A stretch of 45,311 nucleotides of DNA from a virus, in the IMG/VR virus record IMGVR_UViG_3300005137_000002, positions 1 to 45,311 of that record, one strand, 5' to 3'. Both the position numbers and the translations under genes were made by a program. Positions 16,198 through 23,162 of the stretch are shown piece by piece (positions within the stretch are counted from its first letter, which is position 1; each line of letters begins with the position of its first letter). The notes under the pieces are model-generated. The model worked only from the letters and a program-made list of their open reading frames with translations, searched no databases and was not told the DNA's origin.

Positions 16198-16791
16198 TTG
16201 AGGATCGCGGTCACTGGAACACATAGCACGGGGAAAACGACATTGGTCCGGGAGCTAAGTAAGCTCCTTGGGTTGCCTATGATTGAGGAAGTCGCGCGAG
16301 GAATCATTCGTTCTTACGGATTTCAGACGACACAAGAATACATTGATCGCGGTACGCCTGAGCAGAAAAAGAGAATCCAATCAGACATCCTTGCTGCCCA
16401 AATGCTGGCTGAAGACAAACTTGATTGCTTTGTGTCCTACCGGACGGTTTTTGATCCCGTTGCTTATGCCAAGATTTACGGGGTGCCGGACATCACTGTG
16501 AACATCTGGATCGGGAAAGCTGTGGAACATGCGCTTAACACATACGACCTGATTGTCTATTTGCCGCCTGTCATCAAGACTGTGGACGACGGATTTCGAT
16601 CCACCGATGAGCATTTAAGGCTAAGATACGATGCATTGCTGTCAAAGTATATTCATGCGTTTTGCCTGTTTGGTGGCCGGAGGATTACCCTGCTTCAAAG
16701 CGATTTAGAGCAGCGGATCAACGTCGTCATGGAATATGCTAAGGCGTTCATGGACGCAAACACGGAGGCAAAGGCATGGAACGGTGTTTGA
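16198..16791 (+). CDS. P-loop NTPase/kinase (AAA_28, NadR C-terminal-domain-like)
   Basis: MRIAVTGTHSTGKTTLVRELS Walker A at the extreme N-terminus. About 200 aa, the size of a small-molecule kinase. TTG start after GGAGAGGGGA. Confidence 0.6.
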   Translation: MRIAVTGTHSTGKTTLVRELSKLLGLPMIEEVARGIIRSYGFQTTQEYIDRGTPEQKKRIQSDILAAQMLAEDKLDCFVSYRTVFDPVAYAKIYGVPDITVNIWIGKAVEHALNTYDLIVYLPPVIKTVDDGFRSTDEHLRLRYDALLSKYIHAFCLFGGRRITLLQSDLEQRINVVMEYAKAFMDANTEAKAWNGV

Positions 16792-16961
16792 AATGCGTAT
16801 GGGCGAATCTCCATGTCAGTCGCGGGAAAGTGGTCATGGCGGTTTGTCCGTTTTCCAGGTGCATTAAAGTCTACGGGTGGTCAGCACGCAGGGAAATGGA
16901 AATGCCGGAAGCCGACGAACAGCAGGAAACTGGCGGCAGTGACGAGGTGAATCCCAAATGA
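16776..16961 (+). CDS. Small Cys-rich hypothetical protein
   Basis: 61 aa with CLKC...CPFSRC. Overlaps both neighbours. Confidence 0.4.
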   Translation: MERCLKCVWANLHVSRGKVVMAVCPFSRCIKVYGWSARREMEMPEADEQQETGGSDEVNPK

Positions 16962-17275
16962 ACGATCCGGAAGTCTTTCTTGATCCGTGTGCCATATGCA
17001 GGAGGCGCAAGGCGACGCGCCTTTGTGACTACGTTGTGGAGTATCGACGGAATGTGATATTTGTTTGCGGCGGCACACACAAGCAGGCAATGGAGGCAAA
17101 CAGGGATCTGGATGATACCTGTGACCTCCCGCTTTGCGACCAATGCACAAACGAACTGAATGGCGCGGACTTTTGTCCCCACCATTTTGCATTGCTTCCG
17201 CTGGCAAAACTTCCTGAACGACTTGAGCAAATCAGGCGAAAGCAGAAAAGGAAGCTGTATGAAGACAATCCGTGA
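16958..17275 (+). CDS. Cys-rich hypothetical protein
   Basis: 105 aa. ATGA overlap with the upstream ORF. CAIC...C...CDLPLCDQC...CPHH. Confidence 0.55.
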   Translation: MNDPEVFLDPCAICRRRKATRLCDYVVEYRRNVIFVCGGTHKQAMEANRDLDDTCDLPLCDQCTNELNGADFCPHHFALLPLAKLPERLEQIRRKQKRKLYEDNP

Positions 17276-17299
17276 GATTGTGAATCAAAGGTGATTCCG

Positions 17300-17533
17300 A
17301 TGGAAGAGTTGCGTTCCAAAATGGCGTTTGTTGGCTTGAATGAAAATGAGCAGTCGCAGTTGATACGGATGGCTCACGAATATGCCAAGTCGCGTTTGTA
17401 TGTCTCTACTGAATGGGCAGCATGGGCGCTTTTTTCCGTAATTTTGATGCATGGGAAGGACTTTGTTTTGCAGTGTAAAGATGCAGATGAGGTTTTCATG
17501 AAAGATATGGCTGAAACGTACTTGCAGGGGTGA
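17300..17533 (+). CDS. Hypothetical protein
   Basis: ATG 17300 follows AAAGGTGA. Confidence 0.5.
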   Translation: MEELRSKMAFVGLNENEQSQLIRMAHEYAKSRLYVSTEWAAWALFSVILMHGKDFVLQCKDADEVFMKDMAETYLQG

Positions 17534-17537
17534 GAGG

Positions 17538-18047
17538 ATGAGCGCTACGAATCGAGGTAGCCGCCGGAAGGACAAGGACGCATATTCCACGCCGAGATGG
17601 TGCGTGGAAGCCATTGCGGAACAGATTGTATGGCCTGAATTACCGTCAGTCTTGGAACCTTGCATAGGTGACGGGGCAATTGCGAATGTGTTGCTCGAAA
17701 AATACGTTGATTACGTTGAATGGGCAGAAATAGAGAAGGGGCGAGACTTTTTGACGTGGGACTTCGGGCGCAGATTCGATATCATCATCACTAATCCGCC
17801 GTTCAGCTTGGCACAGGAGTTTATCGAACGTAGTCTTCAGCTTGCCAATTGCGTCATCATGCTTTTACCTCTTACCTTCTTGGCCAGCCGGAAACGCAAG
17901 GTATGGTGGCAGGACAAGAAACCGACTGCACTTTTTATCTTGAGCAGGCGGCCGAGCTTTACGGGGAATGGGACAGACGCGACGGAGTACGCATGGTTCG
18001 TTTGGGATTTTACTGGACGGCAAAAGAAGGGTCTTCATTGGCTCTGA
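17538..18047 (+). CDS. Small DNA methyltransferase (N6-adenine/N4-cytosine type)
   Basis: Motif I-like LEPCIGDGAI and motif IV IIITNPPFS, with a DAYSTPRW N-terminus. Confidence 0.75.
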   Translation: MSATNRGSRRKDKDAYSTPRWCVEAIAEQIVWPELPSVLEPCIGDGAIANVLLEKYVDYVEWAEIEKGRDFLTWDFGRRFDIIITNPPFSLAQEFIERSLQLANCVIMLLPLTFLASRKRKVWWQDKKPTALFILSRRPSFTGNGTDATEYAWFVWDFTGRQKKGLHWL

Positions 18048-18060
18048 TGCCAAAATAAAA

Positions 18061-18093
18061 GCCCGGCATTTGTCGGGTAAGCAAATGCCGGGC
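18061..18093. terminator. 12-bp perfect-stem hairpin closing the early/replication block
   Basis: gcccggcatttg-tcgggtaag-caaatgccgggc. The A-tract lies upstream, so the U-tract is on the minus-strand reading only. On the plus strand it lacks a U-tract. Confidence 0.5.
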
Positions 18094-18165
18094 AATCAAG
18101 TTGCCTGTCTTTGAAAAAAAAGGGGGACTCTCACTCCATTATAGCACACCAGGGGGTGAGAGGGA

Positions 18166-18657
18166 ATGAATGTTCTCTCAGATGATAGGCTGGACCAGAT
18201 GATGGAGGCCATGCAGCGTGTCGAACAGGACTTGAGGGATTGCCACTGGATGGCTGAGGAAGTTGCCGATTTCTACAAGTCGAAGGAATTTTTTTCATAC
18301 GACAGGGAAACGTTGGAAAGGATTGTAAACATATCGACCGTAAAATTCGGGATCGAGGCGACGTTGCCGAAGCCTGGGGTTCCGTCAGATATAACCTTTT
18401 GGGAAGCCAAAAAGCTGCTGCGAAAGTGGGAACGGATCATGAGATATGAGCACAAGCTGAAACGGTTGGAGGAAGCGGTCTCCAAGCTGTCTGACGAACG
18501 GGAGCGCATTGTGGCTGAGGGGCTGATGGATGGAGTAAGACTTAATGAGATCGCGCAGCAGCTCGATGTCAGCCGAAGGGCTGTCTATGACATCAAACAG
18601 TCGGTGATCCGGAAGCTGGCCATTGAGCTTTACCTTAACGAGATGAGGACTGCTTGA
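18166..18657 (+). CDS. ArpU-family / sigma-70 region-4-like late transcription regulator
   Basis: 163 aa. C-terminal LSDERERIVAEGLMDGVRLNEIAQQLDVSRRAVYDIKQSVIRKL is a region-4-type HTH. GGGGGTGAGAGGGA SD. Confidence 0.6.
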   Translation: MNVLSDDRLDQMMEAMQRVEQDLRDCHWMAEEVADFYKSKEFFSYDRETLERIVNISTVKFGIEATLPKPGVPSDITFWEAKKLLRKWERIMRYEHKLKRLEEAVSKLSDERERIVAEGLMDGVRLNEIAQQLDVSRRAVYDIKQSVIRKLAIELYLNEMRTA

Positions 18658-18660
18658 CGA

Positions 18661-18750
18661 CTTCTCATCACTTCACATTACTTCCCATTGCTTCACATTT
18701 TGCACATTACTTCCCGTCACTTCCCATTGCTTCACATCACTTCTCATTAG
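18661..18750. repeat. Array of nine degenerate CTTCNCAT units with about 10-bp phasing
   Basis: Units start at 18661, 18671, 18681, 18691, a degenerate one near 18701, then 18710, 18720, 18730 and 18740. Contains an exact 19-bp direct repeat, 18680-18698 = 18719-18737. Confidence 0.8.
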
Positions 18751-18822
18751 TTGCTTTCTGGATTTTTGCCTGATTAAAATGGGAGGTAGGCCGGGGCGGC
18801 GCGAGAAGGAGGAAAAACGGCC

Positions 18823-19023
18823 ATGATCTTGGATGAGGATCAGGCGAGGAAAATCAGGTTCGCCTTCAAGCGCTTTGTCGAAGGCGTTTCCCGGGAGTGG
18901 GCAAAGATCCTTGTCTCTCATGCAGAAGGGGAGGCAAGGAAAAGGGCAGTGATTTTCTTGAGAACCAAAAACAGGCGAATCCGGCGCAAGCAATTGAAGA
19001 AGATTGCGCCGTGGAATACATAG
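18823..19023 (+). CDS. Small basic hypothetical protein (66 aa)
   Basis: GAAGGAGGA SD 9 nt upstream. Lys/Arg-rich C-terminus. Confidence 0.45.
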   Translation: MILDEDQARKIRFAFKRFVEGVSREWAKILVSHAEGEARKRAVIFLRTKNRRIRRKQLKKIAPWNT

Positions 19024-19029
19024 CAAAAA

Positions 19030-19062
19030 GGCCGTTCACTTACATTCGTGACGGCCTTTTTT
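19030..19062. terminator. Bidirectional intrinsic terminator
   Basis: ggccg(t)tcac / gtgacggcc stem with AAAAA upstream and TTTTTT downstream. It serves convergent genes 18823-19023 (+) and 19040-19276 (-). Confidence 0.7.
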
Positions 19063-19276
19063 GATCGCCTTCTTCTTCTTCGACTTCAAACAGGTCTTCG
19101 ATCTGAACGCCGAGTGCCCTGGCAATGGTAAACAAATGAGCCGCCTCATGCCGGTTGTTCTTGTCGAAGCGTGAAATCGTTCCTTGTGGCACTCCCGACA
19201 TGCGCGACAATTCAAGCTGTGTAATGCCGCGTTCCTTGAGCAATTCCGAAAGGCGCGGCCGGACAACCAACGCCAC
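19040..19276 (-). CDS. XRE-family HTH regulator (second repressor-like gene)
   Basis: LSELLKERGITQLELSRMSGVPQGTISRFDKN. GTG start at 19276, 8 nt after GGAGG. The upstream part of the track ORF has no SD. Confidence 0.75.
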   Translation of the reverse strand: MALVVRPRLSELLKERGITQLELSRMSGVPQGTISRFDKNNRHEAAHLFTIARALGVQIEDLFEVEEEEGDQKRPSRM

Positions 19277-19290
19277 TTTTAACACCTCCA

Positions 19291-19320
19291 TTGAATATTC
19301 GATATGGAATATAGTATAAT
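19291..19320 (+). promoter_or_regulatory. Sigma-A promoter with an internal imperfect palindrome
   Basis: TTGAAT (19291-19296), 18 nt, TATAAT (19315-19320). The spacer contains ATTCGATATGGAAT (19297-19310). Confidence 0.6.
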
Positions 19321-19340
19321 TAAACCACAAAATCAAGCAA
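19313..19340 (-). promoter_or_regulatory. Divergent promoter for the XRE gene, -10 overlapping the plus-strand -10
   Basis: Minus strand reads TTGCTT (19340-19335), 16 nt, TATACT (19318-19313). Confidence 0.5.
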
Positions 19341-19361
19341 GGTCAAAACGGGGGTGTAAGA

Positions 19362-19586
19362 GTGAGAGATCCGAACATTGGCCGCTTGATTGTCGCAAAT
19401 GATGGGTATTCTGAGAGAATTGGGCAGATTATCGCCAAATATCATGACGAATGGGGTGATTGGTATGTCGTGGCGTTTGAAGACGGCAAGGTGGATTTCC
19501 ACATAAAGCCCTTCATCATCAAGGATAAACCTCGTAGCATTGGATTCCACTTTCTGAAAAACGAAAAAGGAAGCCAGCCCGGCTAG
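19362..19586 (+). CDS. Hypothetical protein (74 aa)
   Basis: GTG start after ACGGGGGTG. No recognisable motif. Confidence 0.5.
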   Translation: MRDPNIGRLIVANDGYSERIGQIIAKYHDEWGDWYVVAFEDGKVDFHIKPFIIKDKPRSIGFHFLKNEKGSQPG

Positions 19587-19687
19587 GAGCGCACCGGGCA
19601 TGCGCGGGGTGGTTAGTCCCGCTGGGCTTCCTTCCAAGCCCATTATACAAAAAAACGAGGCCACAGAAAAAATTCCCTTCAGAGATG

Positions 19688-19716
19688 TTGACATACGATA
19701 TACGATATCGTATAAT
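19688..19716 (+). promoter_or_regulatory. Perfect-consensus sigma-A promoter with a palindromic operator
   Basis: TTGACA (19688-19693), 17 nt, TATAAT (19711-19716). The 12-bp perfect palindrome TACGATATCGTA (19701-19712) spans the spacer and -10. Confidence 0.75.
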
Positions 19717-19758
19717 GTAATCAAGCAAGCAATCAATCAATAATCTGGAGGGAATGAG

Positions 19759-19998
19759 ATGCGGCAGTTTATCGAGTTCATTGAGCATAAGCTTGGGATC
19801 AAGTATCCGCAGTTCATCGAGAGAAACGACCATGGCTATCACTTTGTAGGCTTCAAGCCTGAGGGTTTCGGGCTTGATGATGAAAGCATCTTGTTCGAGG
19901 TAAGTATCCTGTTCACGGAAACAAACCACGTTTACGTGAACGGCGAACTGCAAAACGTCGCATTGCCGTTTGATGTCTGGTCAGCCGATATCGCGTAG
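19759..19998 (+). CDS. Hypothetical protein (79 aa)
   Basis: GGAGGG SD and ATG 19759. No motif recognised. Confidence 0.55.
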   Translation: MRQFIEFIEHKLGIKYPQFIERNDHGYHFVGFKPEGFGLDDESILFEVSILFTETNHVYVNGELQNVALPFDVWSADIA

Positions 19999-20061
19999 CA
20001 AATCCAAGGATGCCGGGGTGGTTCCCCGGCAGTCCTAAAACACTGCAGGAGGGTGTTTAAG

Positions 20062-20433
20062 ATGGAGATCATTCACAGCTATTCACGCGCTCAAGCAATC
20101 GAAGATGGGTTGTTGATTGATGTTTCGGAGACTGCACGGGAAGCAGGTTTTCGATTCCCGGTTGCAGTGACTAGGGAAGCTTGGGAAAGGTACATCGTCC
20201 CGAGCGAGGAAGACAGGAAGCGTTGGGGGCAGGATACCAACGGCAGGCTTTGGGATACTTTGTGGATGTTGCGGCACGCGATCAAGTCAGCCAGAGCAGG
20301 CCAGCAGGAAATACTTTTCAAGGTGTACTTTACAATGCGCGGCCGTCAAGAACTGGCCACGTTGAAGGCCGTCGCAGGGCCCGGCGACAACTTTGAACCT
20401 GTAATAACGGTCATGTTGCCGGAGGAGGACTGA
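20062..20433 (+). CDS. Hypothetical protein (123 aa) resembling a family common in plasmid and ICE leading regions
   Basis: AGGAGGG SD. SRAQAIEDGLLIDVSETAREAGFRFPVAVTREAWE ... GRLWDTLWML ... GPGDNFEPVITVMLPEED. The family resemblance is from memory only. Confidence 0.6.
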   Translation: MEIIHSYSRAQAIEDGLLIDVSETAREAGFRFPVAVTREAWERYIVPSEEDRKRWGQDTNGRLWDTLWMLRHAIKSARAGQQEILFKVYFTMRGRQELATLKAVAGPGDNFEPVITVMLPEED

Positions 20434-20438
20434 TCGCC

Positions 20439-20918
20439 GTGGCACTGCTTGAAAAGCTGAAGCAGGAACTGAAGGCGCTGGAAGATGAATTCCAGCGCCG
20501 GGAAAATCGGATCTTAAACGGAGAAGTTGAACCTGCCGATTGCTTCCTTAGCACTTGGGCGAATGAGATTCAGCGAGAATTGGTGAAGACCAAGATTAAG
20601 ATTTTGGAAAACGGAGGCGTTTGGCCGTTTGAGGAACTGTTCTACATTGACGGCACGCCGACGGGAGCGAAACTGGTCAATACGCGCTTTGGCGCGACGT
20701 ACCGTGTGGAGAAGCCGGACGGCAGCATAGATTGGGTGAATCCTTTTGTAAGGCCTGAGACCTTGGAGAAGAAGGGATACATGCTTGATTATGTTGAACG
20801 GCCTGCATGGGCGTGCCTGAAAAGCAGCGGAACAGGTTTGGCCGGGGCCATGAGTTGTTACGTTCACATTTTCCCTTCGCGGAAGAATTACGCGACGGGT
20901 GAATACGTCGAGGAATAA
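20439..20918 (+). CDS. Hypothetical protein (159 aa)
   Basis: GTG start 9 nt after GGAGGAGGA. N-terminal coiled coil. No motif recognised. Confidence 0.6.
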   Translation: MALLEKLKQELKALEDEFQRRENRILNGEVEPADCFLSTWANEIQRELVKTKIKILENGGVWPFEELFYIDGTPTGAKLVNTRFGATYRVEKPDGSIDWVNPFVRPETLEKKGYMLDYVERPAWACLKSSGTGLAGAMSCYVHIFPSRKNYATGEYVEE

Positions 20919-20944
20919 AATCAGGAATAAAAAACAAGAAAAAT

Positions 20945-20968
20945 GACGTCCCGAAAGGGGCGTTTTTT
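20945..20968 (+). terminator. Intrinsic terminator closing the island
   Basis: acgtccc-gaaa-ggggcgt stem (one G-U pair) followed by TTTTTT. Confidence 0.75.
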
Positions 20969-20985
20969 GTTGGGGAGGAAATGAC

Positions 20986-22383
20986 ATGGCGACTGCCTTG
21001 CAAGGCTTTGGGCTTTTGGCGACATACTCAGCAATGGTTTTCCTTGTGGCATGGGCTTTCGCCAGAGGAGAGCAAACAAAAGAATCTTTCCTTGTGGCAA
21101 ACAGGAATGTCGGTGAATGGAGGGCAGCCTTCTCCATTGCATCGGCATGGATATGGGCGCCGGCCTTATTTGTCTCGGCACAGAAAGCCTATGAAAACGG
21201 ATGGGTCGGCCTTTTCTGGTTCTTGGTGCCGAACGCCTTATGCTTGGTCATCTTTTCGTATTTTGCCAAGCTGATGCGAGAGAAAGCGCCAAACGGATTT
21301 ACGTTGTCGGAATACATGCTGACCAGATATTCCAAGCGCGTGCATAACGCCTACCTTTTTCAGCAGATTGGCCTTTTGGCCTGCTGCCTTGCCGTCCAGT
21401 TGTTGGCCGGGGGAAAAATCGTGGCGACCATAACTGGAATCCCGTTCTTTTGGGTGACGGTGATCCTGGCCGCGATTGCGGTATCCTACTCCATCCTGTT
21501 TGGCCTTCGGGCGTCCGTCGTGACCGACTTTTTCAAGATGCTTTTTATCTTTGTCATTGGCGCAACCCTGATCCCTTGGGCTTTGAAAATGTCCGGCGGC
21601 CTTGAGGTGTTGAAGGCCGGACTCTACGGAAAGACAGGCACATTCACCAGTTTGTTCAGCGGTGACGGAGCCGCGCTTTTCTGGTCATTTGGCCTGTCAA
21701 CGACAATCGGATTGATCGCCGGACCGTTCGGAGATCAAGCGTTCTGGCAACGTGGCTTTGCCGTCCGAAAGGAGAAGGTGGCCGGAGCCTTTATCAAGGG
21801 TGCTTTGATTTTCTCCCTTGTGCCGCTGATGATGTCGGCGCTTGGATTCATTGCGGCCGGGGCAAATCTGGAAGTCAAAGATCCGTCTATCGTGAACGTT
21901 GAAGCGATTTTGCACCTGCTGCCTGCATGGGCTGTCATTCCGTTTATCCTGATGATCATTAGCGGCCTTGTCAGCGCGCTGGATTCTCACCTGACGGCCA
22001 TTTCATCCATCGGCGGCCACGACCTGAGCAAACGCGCAGGGAAGGAAGGCAGAAGCCTTAGCTTTGCAAGGACATCCATGATTTTTCTGATGGTGGCCGC
22101 CATCTGGATTGCAAACATCCCGGGGATTCAGGTTCTTTACCTGTTCATGCTCTACGGGACGTTGCGATCTTCCACACTGCTGCCAACAGTCATGACACTG
22201 CTTTCTGACAGGCTCACTGAAAAGGGGATCTTTTGGGGCATCGTGTCATCTATTGCGATCGGCTTGCCGATATTCGCCTACGGGAATTATCACCAGATAA
22301 CACCCATGATTGTGTCCGGGTCGCTAATTACGCTTTTCACATCCGGAGCCGTGGCTTGGCTGATGAGAAGAAAGGCGGTATGA
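20986..22383 (+). CDS. Sodium:solute-symporter-family-like transporter
   Basis: 465 aa, hydrophobic throughout (12-13 predicted helices by eye). AIAVSYSILFGLRASVVTDFFKMLFI matches the SSF signature region. GGGGAGGA SD. Confidence 0.7.
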   Translation: MATALQGFGLLATYSAMVFLVAWAFARGEQTKESFLVANRNVGEWRAAFSIASAWIWAPALFVSAQKAYENGWVGLFWFLVPNALCLVIFSYFAKLMREKAPNGFTLSEYMLTRYSKRVHNAYLFQQIGLLACCLAVQLLAGGKIVATITGIPFFWVTVILAAIAVSYSILFGLRASVVTDFFKMLFIFVIGATLIPWALKMSGGLEVLKAGLYGKTGTFTSLFSGDGAALFWSFGLSTTIGLIAGPFGDQAFWQRGFAVRKEKVAGAFIKGALIFSLVPLMMSALGFIAAGANLEVKDPSIVNVEAILHLLPAWAVIPFILMIISGLVSALDSHLTAISSIGGHDLSKRAGKEGRSLSFARTSMIFLMVAAIWIANIPGIQVLYLFMLYGTLRSSTLLPTVMTLLSDRLTEKGIFWGIVSSIAIGLPIFAYGNYHQITPMIVSGSLITLFTSGAVAWLMRRKAV

Positions 22384-23162
22384 GGTTGCTCAAAAGAAAG
22401 CAGTCGTCAAGCAATGAGGAATGGCTGAAGGTCTTCCGGGAGATTGAAAGACACGTCTCAAAGAATTCGATTGATGTCCTGATTCATAAAACCGTCGAAG
22501 AAATCAGGGCAAAGTGCAGAGGAAAAGAGGCTGCTTTCGCTTGGAGTGGCGGCAAGGATTCGGTTGTCATCGAATTTTTGTGCCGGCTGGCCGGAATCAG
22601 GGAGGGCGTGGCCGTTGTCTGCAACCTTGAATACCCGGCCTTTTACCGCTGGCTGGTGGAGAACAGGCCGGAAGGCGTCCAGGTAATCAACACCGGGCAG
22701 GATCTTGAGTGGCTTGCCCAAAACCTTGAAATGCTTTTCCCGAGAGACAACAGGTTGGCCGCCAAGTGGTACCGCATTGTGCAGCACGAAGGGCAGACGC
22801 GGTACTTTCGAGAAAGGAAACCAGACCTGCTGATACTTGGAAGGCGGAAGGCGGACGGAAATTACACGGGCAAGGGGAACATTTACACCAACAAAAAGGG
22901 CGTCGTCAGATACAACCCGATTGCCGACTGGACGCATGAGGAAGTGCTGGCGGCGATTCATTACTACAGGCTGCCGCTTCCGCCGATATACGAATGGCCG
23001 GACGGATTCAGGCAGGGCACTCATCCGTGGCCGGCGCGGCTGTACACGCAAAACGTGTTTGACGGATTCAGGCAAGTGTACAAGATCGATCCGTCAATCG
23101 TCCATGAGGCAGCCGGACATATCGAGCAAGCAAAGCGATTCCTAGAGGTGATAAACGCATGA
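22380..23162 (+). CDS. PAPS-reductase-family PP-loop ATP pyrophosphatase (pair 1)
   Basis: AFAWSGGKDSVV PP-loop, LGRRKADG, NPIADWTHEEVLAAIHYYRLPLPPIY. ATGA overlap with the symporter stop. Confidence 0.8.
   Translation: MRLLKRKQSSSNEEWLKVFREIERHVSKNSIDVLIHKTVEEIRAKCRGKEAAFAWSGGKDSVVIEFLCRLAGIREGVAVVCNLEYPAFYRWLVENRPEGVQVINTGQDLEWLAQNLEMLFPRDNRLAAKWYRIVQHEGQTRYFRERKPDLLILGRRKADGNYTGKGNIYTNKKGVVRYNPIADWTHEEVLAAIHYYRLPLPPIYEWPDGFRQGTHPWPARLYTQNVFDGFRQVYKIDPSIVHEAAGHIEQAKRFLEVINA

Noticed and set aside
18661-18750. Repeat array as a CRISPR array or mini-array
   Set aside because: The units are about 10 bp, degenerate and contiguous, with no spacers. There are no 24-40 bp repeats and no cas genes.
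18673-19026. 117-aa minus-strand ORF spanning the 10-bp repeat array
   Set aside because: Its C-terminus is just the translated repeat (VKQWEV...). It runs antisense to the SD-led ORF 18823-19023 and has no RBS.
19570-19630. tRNA-like fold (outer stem enclosing two hairpins, GGTT-containing loop)
   Set aside because: It is only about 61 nt, has no D-arm, an 11-nt loop where the anticodon loop should be, and a non-canonical T-loop (TGGTTAG rather than TTCRANY). It also overlaps the 3' end of an ORF. It is not a tRNA.
22233-22379. 49-aa N-terminal extension of the first PAPS-reductase-family ORF
   Set aside because: It overlaps the last helices of the symporter gene in another frame. The ATGA-coupled start at 22380 gives a normal PP-loop protein N-terminus.
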